A stretch of 64,000 bases of DNA from assembly GCA_964016885.1 (NCBI GenBank), contig OZ024743.1, positions 99,882,001 through 99,946,000 on the forward strand. Direction: 5' to 3'. Shown in pieces: positions 14,822-28,194 of the stretch (the stretch's first letter is position 1; every line of letters starts with the position of its first letter). The notes below the pieces were generated by a model. It searched no databases. It had not been told where the DNA came from and saw only the letters and a list, made by a program, of their open reading frames with translations. Position numbers and translations under genes: made by a program. This DNA comes from Eledone cirrhosa. Lineage: Eukaryota.

Positions 14822-14861
<40 letters not shown>

Positions 14862-15081
14862 CGTTTCTGAATTTGTTTAGCAAGATTCTTTATCTGAAAT
14901 CGTGTGTTGAAACCGATATTGTTATACTTTGGGAGGGTCATGTTGCCAATAAGAAACACACGCACCAGTTGCTTTCACTTCAATTTATTATATATTTATA
15001 AATTTATAAATTTACAAATCTACAAACTTATAAATTTCTGGTTGGTTGGTTGGTTCCACAACCAGATAGTTGTTTATATAT

Positions 15082-15126
15082 AGTCATAGTCCTTTCGTCA
15101 CACACTCTGTGACCTCTTCAGTGACT
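15082..15126 (-). ncRNA. Type I hammerhead ribozyme motif (mirror copy)
   Basis: Reverse-complement copy of 15962-16006, with perfect stem II GTCACA/TGTGAC. Confidence 0.7.
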
Positions 15127-15961
15127 GGGGATTCCTTTCTTTGTTTCTGTGCCTTTCCTTTCTTCTGTCCTACGCCATTTTGTTTCTGTGTGTGTGTTGT
15201 GTGCTCAGTTTGCGCATGCGCCACATCCGGGTGTCTGTGTGTGTTTGTGTTCATTTATCTATTTGTTTATTTATTTATTTATTTATTGTTGGTTGGTTGT
15301 TTGTTCTATGTGTGTGTGTGTTTTCATTTTGTCCTTAATTGTAAGTTGTGATGTTGCTGTTCCACTCATATTTTCTATTTAATTTTGGTTGTAATTCTTT
15401 TATGCTTACTGCCTCTGTAATTTGCCTAAACATTGCATCTTTTCTGTGTGTGGATTCTATTTTTATTTCTATGTTCTCTAATTTACCCCTGTGTTCTATC
15501 TTAGCATGTTGGTAGAGCACAGATGATTCTTTATTATAATAAAGATAATAAAGAATCATCTGTGCTCTACCAACATGCTAAGATAGAACACAGGGGTAAA
15601 TTAGAGAACATAGAAATAAAAATAAAAATAGAATCCACACACAGAAAAGATGCAATGTTTAGGCAAATTACAGAGGCAGTAAGCATAAAAGAATTACAAC
15701 CAAAATTAAATAGAAAATATGAGTGGAACAGCAACATCACAACTTACAATTAAGGACAAAATGAAAACACACACACACATAGAACAAACAACCAACCAAC
15801 AATAAATAAATAAATAAATAAACAAATAGATAAATGAACACAAACACACACAGACACCCGGATGTGGCGCATGCGCAAACTGAGCACACAACACACACAC
15901 AGAAACAAAATGGCGTAGGACAGAAGAAAGGAAAGGCACAGAAACAAAGAAAGGAATCCCC

Positions 15962-16006
15962 AGTCACTGAAGAGGTCATAGAGTGTGTGACGAAAGGACT
16001 ATGACT
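15962..16006 (+). ncRNA. Type I hammerhead ribozyme motif (PLE pLTR)
   Basis: AGTCA-CTGAAGA-G-GTCATA gagtg TGTGAC-GAAA-GGAC-TA-TGACT: 5-bp stem I, core, stem II with one extra nt after A9, minimal stem III, CUA site. Confidence 0.7.
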
Positions 16007-16216
16007 ATATATAAACAACTATCTGGTTGTGGAACCAACCAACCAACCAGAAATTTATAAGTTTGTAGATTTGTAAATTTATAAATTTATAAATATATAA
16101 TAAATTGAAGTGAAAGCAACTGGTGCGTGTGTTTCTTATTGGCAACATGACCCTCCCAAAGTATAACAATATATATATATATATATATATAAATATATAC
16201 ATACATATATACTTAT

Positions 16217-16560
16217 ATCATCATCATCATCATTTTACGTCCGCTTTTCCCTGCTTGCAAGGGTGGGACGGGTCCTATTCAGCACAGCATCCCTCCAATT
16301 GTCACGGTCCTTCGTCATCTCCTCGGTGTGCTTCAGCGATCTGAGGTCTGCTCTCACCACCTCCGCCCATGTTTTTCGTGGTCTACCTCTACTGCATCTT
16401 CCCTCCGCTGGGACTTCCTGACACTTCTTTACCCAGCGGTCATCCTCCATGCACATCAGATGTCCATACCATCTCAGCCTTCTCTCCTGCACACCACAAC
16501 TTATCCCTCTTATACCCAGTTTCTTTCTCAACTCGTCTATGCTTGGTCGTTCACGCACAT
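16217..16560 (-). mobile_element. RTE LINE 3' fragment
   Basis: RRLRWYGHLMCM..RGRPRKTW..SREKRT* plus (ATG)n; same family as 53555-54201. Confidence 0.88.
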
Positions 16561-19500
16561 ATATATAGAAAGAGAGGAGACCACTAATCATGGGAGTACT
16601 CAATGCATGAGGAGATGCAGGGTGGGTATAGAGAAATGTAAAATCCAGACTGCGGCGCCAAGCAGTTTTGGTTTGCGTGTTCAGTAAGCCTTTTCAAAGG
16701 TGTAGGAATATTTGTAGGGTGGGAAAAATAGGTCACTGGTCTTGGTAGTGCTTTGGTTGAATTTTCATTACTACTAATGAAGAGTAGGGAGAAAGAGTGG
16801 GTGTGGGTATTTGAGTCATTGAGGTGTCAACAAGTGGGTCAGTATTCAAAAATATCTCAATTGGAGGCCGGTCTGAGAATTGAACTCATGACCTTTCAAT
16901 TGCAAACCCAATGCTCTAACCAGTAAGCCATGCGCCTTCACATTAAGGTTGTGAGTTCAATTCTCGGACTAGGTGATGTGTTGTTTCCTTGAGCTAGACA
17001 CTTTATTTCATGTTGCTCCAGTTTACTCAGCTGTAGAAATGAGATGATAGGACTGGGGTCCCTATCATTAAATCACCCAAGACACCTCCAACGAGATATA
17101 CCTTGGAGGAGGCCAGCTAAACCTACATAGGTGTGAGCTGTCACACACACACACACAATTGGAGGCAGGAACACAGCAGCCAAATATAAATATTGAGTCT
17201 CTTTATTACTAACCTTCAATACAAATAAGTTACATGACATCCTGAATGATATTTGTTCTACTGAATATATGTTGAGACAAATACACAAACTGGGTATTGT
17301 GAAAGTCCTAATATTTATACATGGTTGCTGTGTATAGCCTCCAATCATTCACACAACATGCATTGAGCTCTTTTGGAATACTGGTTCACTTGTTGCATGT
17401 ATTAAACTTAGTAATAGTATACATATACGTACATACAACACACACACACACACACACACATATCGTCATCATTGTTTTTACATTGGCTCTTCCATACTGG
17501 TATGGGTTGTATGGGACATTCTGAGGCAGTGATGATAATGATGATAGCTGATTCACTTAGTTTCAAAAGTAAGTGTTCATTTGGAACATCATATCATCAT
17601 AGCTGCTCAAGCCAACATTTGATCAACAATATTTTTTTCCATCCACTCTACAGACAATAGATTGCATGGGACCAAATATATTAAAGACTATCTCAAAACC
17701 ATGTTTTGATCAGTTGCTTTGGAGATTACATTTTAGGCCAATTGGCAAATCTTTCTGCAATCACAGTAAATGGATTTCAATAAAAACTGATATTTCTTAG
17801 ATGTTCACATAATTTCTTCTGCAGTCACCACTTCAAAGGCATGAATTTTCAATAAAAATAAGGCCACAACTATAGAACACTAGATTAGAAGTTTGATATA
17901 TTTAGCTCAATGTTGTTAGCTGGAATCTTGCAATGACTGACATCACCTTTCATCATACAATATAAGTACCAGTAATATACAAGTGTTCTTTTAATAGCTT
18001 TATCAAAGGAGGAAATACAATGTGCAGTGCCTCCAACAGTTGTGTGAGAGAAGGGCTGCTGTAGTGAGACACAGTGCTTAAGTTATCTAGTTATCCTCAT
18101 GCCAAACATTTTGCCTTAGTATGTACAATAGAGTGTATGGTATGGTACGAGCCCGTAACTCTTGAGATATCGTAGGGGTATCATACTGACATATGGCATT
18201 TCTAGGGCGTTTTTTTAAACCTGGCAGAGCCCATCTCCTCTCTAGGCCTGAATACAGTAGATATCTTCCAGAGAAGGATAGACAGAGGGAGAGAAAGGAA
18301 GGGAGAAAGAAATATAGAGTAAGAATCGACCCCCAGTACTTGACTGGTACTATTTTATTGACCATAAATGGAAAAAACGCAAAATTGACCTCGGTGGGAT
18401 TTGAACTCAGATAGCAGAGAGCCGAAATGAATACTACAAAGCATTCTATCCAACGTTCTAATGACTCTGCCAATTTGCCACCTACAATAGAGTGTACACT
18501 ACTAAAATCACCCAAGAACCAGACAGTGACAATAAAATAGAAGTAGAATTATAACTACTGACCAAGACAGTTCATCTGACTGGTTTCAGCAGAATTTCTG
18601 CTAACCCAATTTCACTCACAGAGTGCCCAGGAAGTTGAATTCAGAGCCACATCATTGCAGACTTCTTAATAACATAGCCATGGTTACATCCATTCCTTTA
18701 CATTAAAAAATGGAAAGGAAAGAATCCAATCATTAAATTGAACCAAGAAGACAATATTTCTATTAGTTTTTTCATTTCTGATATTATCTGCCTGTCACAA
18801 CTCCTGGCAGAATGAGGTCGCATTTGAACTCAGCATAGAAAGAACTGGATCAGGTATCACAAGGCATACCATCCAACTCTTTAACAATTCTGCCAATCTA
18901 CTGCTCTTGGATTGGTACTTGATTTATCAACACCAAAAGAATGAAGTGCAAAGTTGGCCTCAGTGGATTTGAACTCAGAACACAGTGAACTGGGAACAAA
19001 TTCCAAAGCATTTAATCCAATGCCCTAATGACTCAGCCAATTCACTAACTAGCATTCTATCTACTCAAAAGGAATCAATACTTTTACTTTTAAACCAACT
19101 ACGCCTAATCAATAAAAGGTGGATAGTTTAAAATATCACAGATCTAATTTAAAGAAAACATTTAAGTTACATTTCCAATAAGCTAATTCTGCCAAATCCA
19201 ACTCAAATCTAATACGATACAATTCCAAAGCCAGCTAAATGAACACCCAATAGTGAACAATAATTCATTTATCAATAACAAGATTAAATTTTTTTAAGAT
19301 TAATTGCAATAATATTCTTAAACAGCTTAACCAAAATTGACACTACTGAATGTATGTATGTGTGTGTATGGAAATATGTGTATACAGCATTGCTATTGGC
19401 TACTAAAAGATAGTTCCAAAAGTATAGTAGCTCTCAATAAAAGTCTTAAGAATCTAATAAAATACTACCAAACAAAAATGAACAGAGAATTACAAGTAAC

Positions 19501-22500
19501 AGAAACTAAATCCAGAATCAAAGTAATTGAAATCTTGATACAAAACATCCTCAAGCATACTAAAAGGACAATGACCTTTACCAAAGTATAAGTATGACCC
19601 ACTAAAACACTGTTCAAAAACAAACAAAAATAATTAAACTACTAAAAATGGAGAAGTAAAACAACTTGGAAACCATTTCAGTAATTATATTTACAAAGGA
19701 TCTCTTTTCTTTAACCTTTATATGGACACATAACTTCTAATAGAGTTGTGGGGACACTGATGGTCGACTTGGAACTGGTACAGTCTAGAGGGAATGAACT
19801 TTCTAATTAAAACAGAGCATCACATAGCTGGCTGAGCTACATGGATGTGATGTGATATCTGCCCAGTTCTGAATGTCAAAGTGAAGGAATTCAATGACAT
19901 ACAGTGTGCCTCGAGCATTTTTAACAGGAGGATACCCATCCCCTCTCCAGAGGGGGGGGGGGGGGTTAAAAAGAAATGACCCCAGTACCTGACACTTTAT
20001 TTATTGATTTCAAAGGTTTGAAAGCAAAGTTGACTTTTGCAGGATATGTTACTCAGAGTACAGAGAGTTGTAATAAATACCACAAATTATTCAATCTGAT
20101 GTTCACTACATTTTTGTTCCTATATTTCTTATGAAATACATAGCCCTTGTGTTTCAATTCACTTTGAAAATAATGAAGAATTTGGAGAATTTAGAAACAA
20201 TCATTAACTTGTTCATTATTGAGTTGGTGCTAGGAATATCATTTAACAAAAAAGGGCTCTTACATAAAATTATTGATGGTTTTAATGAAGAACACTTCAA
20301 AGTAGGCAGTTTTGCATCATAAAACCAGGGGCAGTTTCAGGAGAGTTGGTATTAAAAGGATTAATTCAACCGTACAAATAACTGCTGGAAAACAGAACAA
20401 AGCTATAGAAAGTATAAGCATACAAACACTTAACCTGGATAGATTAATCCCTTTCATTACCATCCAACCCTTGCAAGCAGGGAAAAGCGGACGTAAAATG
20501 ATGATGATGATGATGATGATGATTACCATATTTCTTATGGAAGACAAATAACTGTTTCATTATTAAACATAGGTTTTCACAGAGAATTATGGTTTTCAGA
20601 TAAACAAACATTTTAAGATAAACAGTTTTGTAATATAGAACAAGAGATAGCTTTGGTGGTTTGTTTAACAGAAAGTATCAGCTAATAATGTTTAAATAGG
20701 TTACCCAAGCACATGGATTAAAAAAACATTACTAAGGTGAAGGGCTTCTGTTTCGTTTAGGTTATCAATTTGACTGGCATATGTTCCATATTCAACATCT
20801 AAAGTTTCTGCAATGAATAACATTTTTTTATAGTTCATAAAAACTGCTACAGAGGTTAAAATATAAACTTATAACTATGAATGAAATTAGATTGTCCACC
20901 TATCAAATCAACTGTTTTTTCATAAGTCAATGAGAGAAGCCTCTACATGGTCATTCTAGCTGCAAGAAATAACAGCCAAATTACCTTCAAATCATATGCC
21001 ACCATCTTAAAAAATTGAAGAACACACATTGGATAGTATAGTCCTAGATACACCAAAGTGATGGGTTGGTCAAGGCTTGAATGCCTTGGATATTAGATAG
21101 GTCTACACAATCAGTGTTAACCTAATGCACTATGTTTTTATGTATGTCAAAAGAGTATCTTGGCTAATGAGATATTACAAGAGCCTGCCTTGACAGTGGA
21201 GTAACAGATTTCTCGGTGGGTATTCGATTTTAGCCCTAAGCCAGCCCTGATGAAAGCCCTTCAAGCATGACCAGTCCATAGGTTTTATTCAAACATAGTG
21301 TATGTAAAACTAAATTATCTAATGTGGCCTTTCTATTTTTAACCCTTTCATTACAATATTTTTTAATGAAAGACACTGCCTTTGATTTTTAAATCATTTT
21401 GAAAATAATCAAGAATTTGAATAGCTTTTATAATATTACTAAATTTATCATTAAGTTGGTGTATGGTACATATCTTAACAAAGATCCTGACAACAAAATT
21501 ATGATGGAAGGTTTTTATATCCTAGAACCAGTGGAGGGAAGTAGTTCAGGCAGTTTGTTATCAAAAGGTTTAAGATAAGAGGGAGATTTGACTGCTATGT
21601 GTAACATGTTGAACAACCATATCCAGGTTCTGTTATTGGCTTCCTTCTATCCTAGTGTATCAATATGGCTCACACAAGCTTTTACCTCTCAAACTCATAA
21701 ATTGTACAGTATGCATTATTTTTATTCCCTTCTTTCATTATAATCAAAATCTATATGATTTGATCAGAGTCGTATTATTCATAAGGCTGACTTGCCTGAA
21801 GCCTAGGGGCCCCACAGAGACTGGGAACCTATCATCTTTTTTCGGGGCTGAACGTTTTGAGTGCCATAAGGGTTCCAAAATATCTGAAAATCTAAGGGCT
21901 TGGCCAAGCCCAGCATTTGGTCATCATACCTCCATTTCATCAAATTGTTATCTAATTTCATTAATAGATCATACCAAGGGCAGTGGATTGGCAGTATCAG
22001 TAAAGCGATGGACAACATGCTTTGCAGCATAGAGCTACAGCCCTTTATGTTCTGATTTCAAATACCAACAACGTTAGCTTTGCTTTTCATCCTTACGTGG
22101 TCCATAAAATAAAGTACCAGTAATGCACTGGGGTTGTTTTAATCAACTTAGCCCTCCTCTCAAAATTGTTGGCCTTTTACCTAAATGAGAAACCGTTAAT
22201 AGACCATACTATACATTTAAATGTACCTCCAGTAAACATCTGGAAAACTCATATTATTTCTGTAGGAAACTAAAGCAACTTTTGGTTTCTTCTTCAAGTC
22301 TAAAGTATTTTACCTAGAATTTTGTGTATATTGTGTTGACATCCTGTTATTATTTTCAGGAATAGTAGACTCCAGATTATATTATCAAATGTATCATAGT
22401 TGGTTTGTGATATGCTGATGTATGCACAATGTTACTTTCATGTGAGTAAATTGAAATTAATCATTAATATTTGCAGCAGTTAAGGGTGGTGGATTGGCAG

Positions 22501-22857
22501 AATTGGTAGAGCATTGGATAAAATGCCATTACAGTATTTGTTCTGGCTCTCTACATTCTGAGTTCAAATCCTGTTGGGGTCAATTTCCTCTTTCATCCTT
22601 CCAGGATCAATAAAATAAAGTACCAGTCAGATACCCAGGTTGATTTATTCAACTTTACTCATGTCATAAATTCACTGGCATTGTTCCTATATTAGGATCA
22701 TTTAACGTCCGCTTTTCCCTGCTTGCAAGGGTGGGATGGGAACTGATCCTGGCTTGATCAGTTAATTAATATTTACTGTAGCTCTGATTTTGAAATAATT
22801 ATTTAAAAAATCAAGAATCGTGAAGGATGTAGTAATATAACTCTCTCATTATTAACT

Positions 22858-23038
22858 GTGGATTGGCAGTATCGGTAGAGGGTCGGACGCCATGCATTCC
22901 AGCATAGTTATGTCCCTTTACGGTCTGGGTTCAAATCCTGCCGAGGTTAACTTTGCCTTTCATCCTTACGGGGTCGATAAAATAAAGTACCAGTAATGCA
23001 CTGGGTAATTGCTGGCCTTGTGCCAAATGTAGAAACAA
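22858..23038 (+). mobile_element. tRNA-derived SINE family C with a Meta-domain-like core
   Basis: TGGCAGTATCGG box A, GTTCAAATC box B, core GCCTTTCATCCTTACGGGGTCGATAAAATAAAGTACCAG (resembles the MetaSINE domain, from memory). Confidence 0.75.
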
Positions 23039-25050
23039 TTATTAACTGTTCTTACATACAATTATGAGGGAAAGCTTTTAGATAAATATAAACACTTAAA
23101 AATAACTAGTTCAGTCTCATAGTACCATGGGTTGTTTCAGATAGCTTAAACAAGAACATGGTATATTCCAGCCTAAGTTATATGTCAGTATAGACCTCCA
23201 TCAGTTTACAAATACAACTCATTTGATGGGATTCCAAACAGTTTCCATCTTCCTATTTTCAATCACAAGGCTTAGGCCAACCTAGTGCTATGGTAAAAGA
23301 TACTTGCCTAAGATGCCACACAGTTGAACCAAACTCAAAACCTCAGAAATGAGAAGCAAATCTTGTAACAATTCGGTCATGTTTCTTCTTGAATGACACT
23401 TTCTCAAGATGCCATACAGTGAAATTGAACCTGAGAACCTATGATTCTTGAAGTGAACTTCTTAATCATTCAAGCATGCTATGTCCACGTCTGAATTGTA
23501 CAATTTCTCAGGCAGAACCATTAACAACAATACATTTTGTATGAATACGTTATCAGAGAACTGCATCAATTAAAGTAAATATATGAAAATAATAGCACAA
23601 CAATGTTATGTATACTAACAATGAAAATATATATAAATGAATCAAAAACAACAAAGACAGGCTTTTATCCTTTGACTTTGTTACAAAATAAACATTGAAC
23701 ATAGAATGAATATATACTAAATGTTTCATAGTATCAACAAACATATCTTAAAATGTATAAACACACAAGCATACAGGTATACATGTACACTGACAAACGC
23801 ATACATACTCATCTTTCATAGATATACATATATACATGTGTGGTGAGGTAGTTGTTTGTGTGAATGTGTGTATGTTGAGAAAGAGACAAAGACTAATAAT
23901 GAGAGATGTTTTATGAAACGTTTTGTTTTACCTGTTTTGTTTTTTTTAAAGTGCATTTTTTAGTTTTGCATCAAATAAGAGAATTCAATAGTTTAAAATA
24001 ATTTAATGAGATAAACTCTACATAAATGTTATACTGATTTTAACTCTAAGTTTCTTTCATCTGCCTCCCAGATAACTATACTTTTTGCATGCAAAAGCCA
24101 ATGAGGAGACGGTCTTTGTATAATCATATGATTGTTAAAAATAGAAACCAAATCTCCCTCAAATCATACAGTACTGTCTTAAATATAGAAGGATGCATTA
24201 AACAATTGAACCATTAATATAGAAAAAGATGAATTAGTCATAGCTAGAACTTATTTGATAGACCAATTGTCTGCTTATATCAGGGCTGACCTGGGGTTAA
24301 ACAACACTTTTGCTATACAAAGGAATCTAGAAGCAAGGAATACATACAGTTAATTAATATTCCACAAGCAAAATTATATAGAAGCAGGGGGAGGGGGCAT
24401 AAAGAATGGTAAGACCTACACCAATATATGATTGGTGGTTGTTATTGCTGATATTTAGCCCCAAGGCAGCTATGCTTGGGTAGACAGGATCAGATGTTCC
24501 AGCTATGACAAAGGTATTCTTTATATATAAGTAAGACCATACATGATTCACATAGAATTAGGTATCACTATGAATTTTCGAAAATATTTGAAACTAATTT
24601 CTACTTTTTCTTGGAGAGCATCCAAAAAGAATCATTTTGATACCTCATTTGTGAAATTTGGATGAATATTTTAGGAAATATGACAATTTGAATTGGTCAA
24701 AACCTTTCCTAATTAGGCCTAAATGAATAATTAGGCATATTTGTGATGTCATTTCTTTGAAACTGGAGTGATAAATATCTTCTTCAAATTACACAAATTA
24801 ATAGTGGCCATAGGATAGCAGATACCTTTTGTTGTTTTTTTCAGGTTCTTAAAAATGAAACCTTTTGTTTTTTGGCATTTTTTATGGAGTATCACCATAA
24901 AGGGATTTAGTCTCTCATATTGACCCTAAGTATTTATTCTTTAAGCCAGGTACTTTTTTTTATCAATCACTTTTTGTCAAACTGCTAGACAGGGCCTAAA
25001 TACAGACAGAAATGTAAACACAGATATGGGCAGGCACATACACGCATGTG

Positions 25051-25082
<32 letters not shown>

Positions 25083-25300
25083 TATATCCCGGTTTTCCAA
25101 CCTCTACTATCTCTGAACTTTGCTCTTTCCTGATGAATGACTAATGTTCAATACATTGAAACATTTATTTATCTTCATTCCCAAGCATGAAACTAATAAG
25201 ACTTCGTGTTTTTGTATTTCTGTGTTCATCTTGTTATTCATGTAGTGTAAATATATATATATAGAGAGAGAGAGGAGGAGGGAGAGAGAGAGTGAGAGAA

Positions 25301-25345
<45 letters not shown>

Positions 25346-25407
25346 ATAAACAAGTACCGCACCAAGAAAAATAAAATGTCATTGTGAAGGTAATTAGGAT
25401 TTTATTT

Positions 25408-25518
25408 GCTTTAACACATGTTTCTGTGTCTATTATAATTGTCTACATGTGCTGACTACAATATATATTGTTCAGTCATATATAATACTTAATTATTTAT
25501 TACACTTCATCAGAAAGC
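25408..25518 (-). ncRNA. Type I hammerhead ribozyme motif with long stem II insertion
   Basis: Minus strand: GCTTT-CTGATGA-aGTGT..~70 nt..ACACa-GAAA-CATGTG-TT-AAAGC; perfect 5-bp stem I, GUU site. Confidence 0.65.
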
Positions 25519-26007
25519 CTATGATAGTGGAAGTGACTATTCGCTACATAACTACTCAATAAGCAGCTATCTTGTTTAATCATTCATTCCTGATAGACAT
25601 AAAGAAAACCTTATCTACCTTAACATATATATATATATATATATATAATCTTCTACAGTTTCTATCTACTAAATTTCACCGACAATGCATTGATGAATAG
25701 TTGCCAAAGCTTTCACGTGTTGAGACCTTAAAACTACATGGTTGTAGAGCAAGCTCCTTAACCACACAGCCATTCTTATGCCTATATTAGCTTCCACTCT
25801 GCAACTGATGAATTGTTGTATAAAAATAAATCAGTACAATTAAAATAGCAGAAGCAATTTCTAGTACCTAATCAGAGATAATGGTAGGTTAGGTACTCTG
25901 TAGTGTAATTAGTAACACAGTGCAACATTTGTGATATGATACAAACTGCCATGATTCAGTACTGTTTCAACTCAGCCAGCTGCAAAGTACTTGTGTGTGC
26001 ATGCATG

Positions 26008-26046
<39 letters not shown>

Positions 26047-28194
26047 CGTGTATGTGTGTGTGTGGGGGGGGGGGGGGCAATTCTGAATATGTATATGTTT
26101 ATGTAACTGTATTTCAGTGTGTTTGTATGAAGGTGTGTGTGAATGTGTGTGCATGCAATTGTGAATATATGTGTATATGTTTGTGTAAGTCTGTGTGTAT
26201 GTGTGTTTAAATGGACAAAATATAAACAATAAAAATAAGTAATATTATGTTGCAGCAGCAAGCCAGTTGTTTTCAGATGTAAAAGGGATTAAGTTTTATT
26301 AGTGAAACCTGCTATATAGTTTAATGATGGTCTGTCTTAATTTCTGTGCAGTTAAAGGAAGCTACTGCAGGGATTTAAAAGGTATCAGATATAGTTATGG
26401 TGACATGATCATTTAATGAGAATGAATAATGATAATAGAATGAAATGAATCATCATAGACAGATGGTGGCCAGACTGAGAAACAATAAATAAAAACAAAG
26501 CCTGGAATTAGTTTCAGCTGACTAAGAAAATTATATAGTAAACATAAGGTGCAGTCATAGGTGGGGAAGTAAGGAGTTTGCTTTGCAACCACATGAGTTC
26601 GTTCAATTTGTGTGGCACTCTGAGTTCATCAATGCTTATGAGTGAAATAGATCACCATACCCTGTGTATGTGTGTTTATGTTTATGACTGTGTTTATGTC
26701 CCAAAACTTAGTGGTTTGACAAAAAGAGGTAGATAAAATAAGAACCAAGTTTGAACTGAAATAAGTACTGGGGTCAATATGATCATCTATATCAGAGCTT
26801 CTCAAACATTTTGAGCCCCACCCCCCACCCCCACCAACCCTATTTCTAGAGATACCTACCTACACACAAATTGTAAATAATATATAATAAATAAAATAGT
26901 TAATTTATAAATAATAAATAATATAATATATACTATGTATAAATAAATAAATATACATTTTTTTATTTTACTATATTTATATATAATATGTATCATTTAA
27001 TATTTAATATACTGTTATATCATCTCTACTGCACCAAAAAGGAAAATTAATATAAAATATGTATAACAGAAAAAAAGAAACAAAAATTAGAAAAATTAGT
27101 GTAATACAATTTTAGATTAACTGGATTTTGAATAAGTTATAAATGTTTTTAACAGCTATTCTAGATTGTCATTTAACCCTTTTGATACGAACATAACCAA
27201 AGTATCTTGGTGTGCATATCTATACATTTATATGTATGAGTATATAAATATAAACATGCAAACATGCATACACTCACACAAGTATAAATATATTCACATA
27301 AACACACATACCCACACGCATACACTCACACAAGTGATATAAACACACAAACACTAACACAATAATAATAGCCAATATGTGTATCTAATTCTCTACATAT
27401 AGACACACAAGTGTAGCAAATCTTAGGATGTTACTCGCTGTTTTTTTATAGTTTTATCTCCACCTGCCTCCTTCATCAATCATCTACCTTTCGGTGAGTG
27501 AGGGACAAATATATAAATAAATATACACACATTCGCTATTATTATATTTGATCTTTCATTAAAAATAGGGAAACGACAGGGTTAAAGGAATCTTATTGGC
27601 TGATCCAATGTCAGATGTCACATTTTACAACATATAGAAAGAGGGGGAGAGAAAGTAAAAGACATACAGAGGGAATTAACATATGCGTTAAAGAGAGAGT
27701 ATATATACTGACTGAAAGGAGTGAAAGAGTTAAAGATACAAACATTGAGAATTAGGTGAACAATCCATATGTAGATATATTATATTTCCCAGCCACCATC
27801 ACTATCAACATTCTGCTGTTCGTTTTGCAATATTTTAGTTAAAATTGTAGCTTTTGATTTGTTGTTACAGCTCACACCTATGTAGGTTTAGCTGGCCTCC
27901 TACAAGGTTGCTTCACAGAAAATATCTCAGCTATTTTAACTCTTTAGCATTTAAACTGGCCATATCTGACCAGAATTCTCTCACCTCTTTCTGTTCAAAC
28001 TGGCTGTAACCAGCCACTCATACTGATGTTAAGGTCTTGTTCTCAAAATAAATAATATCAAAATCACATAGATTCGATATTAAGTGAGGTAAAGCCTTTA
28101 CCGTGAAAATACAAAAGTATATATAGAGTAATGTAAATGGTAAAGGGTTAATGATAGAATCCCAGGTCATATCACAGAAAGACTCTACCCTGTT

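Larger units (their letters stand above)
14860..16172. mobile_element. Penelope-like retroelement 3' fragment as an inverted (fold-back) duplication: GIY-YIG-like C-terminus plus pLTR with hammerhead
   Basis: Arms 14916-15537 and 15545-16172 are near-perfect reverse complements (6-bp indel plus 1 substitution seen). Each encodes SSVLYQHAKIEH..IESTHRKDAMFRQITEAVSIKELQPKLNRKYEW, resembling a PLE GIY-YIG C-terminus, followed by a hammerhead motif. (TA)n on both flanks. Confidence 0.8.

Noticed and set aside
25130-25200. Plus-strand CTGATGA..GAAA hammerhead candidate
   Set aside because: Stem II weak and no closing stem I found; may be a decayed copy but unsupported.
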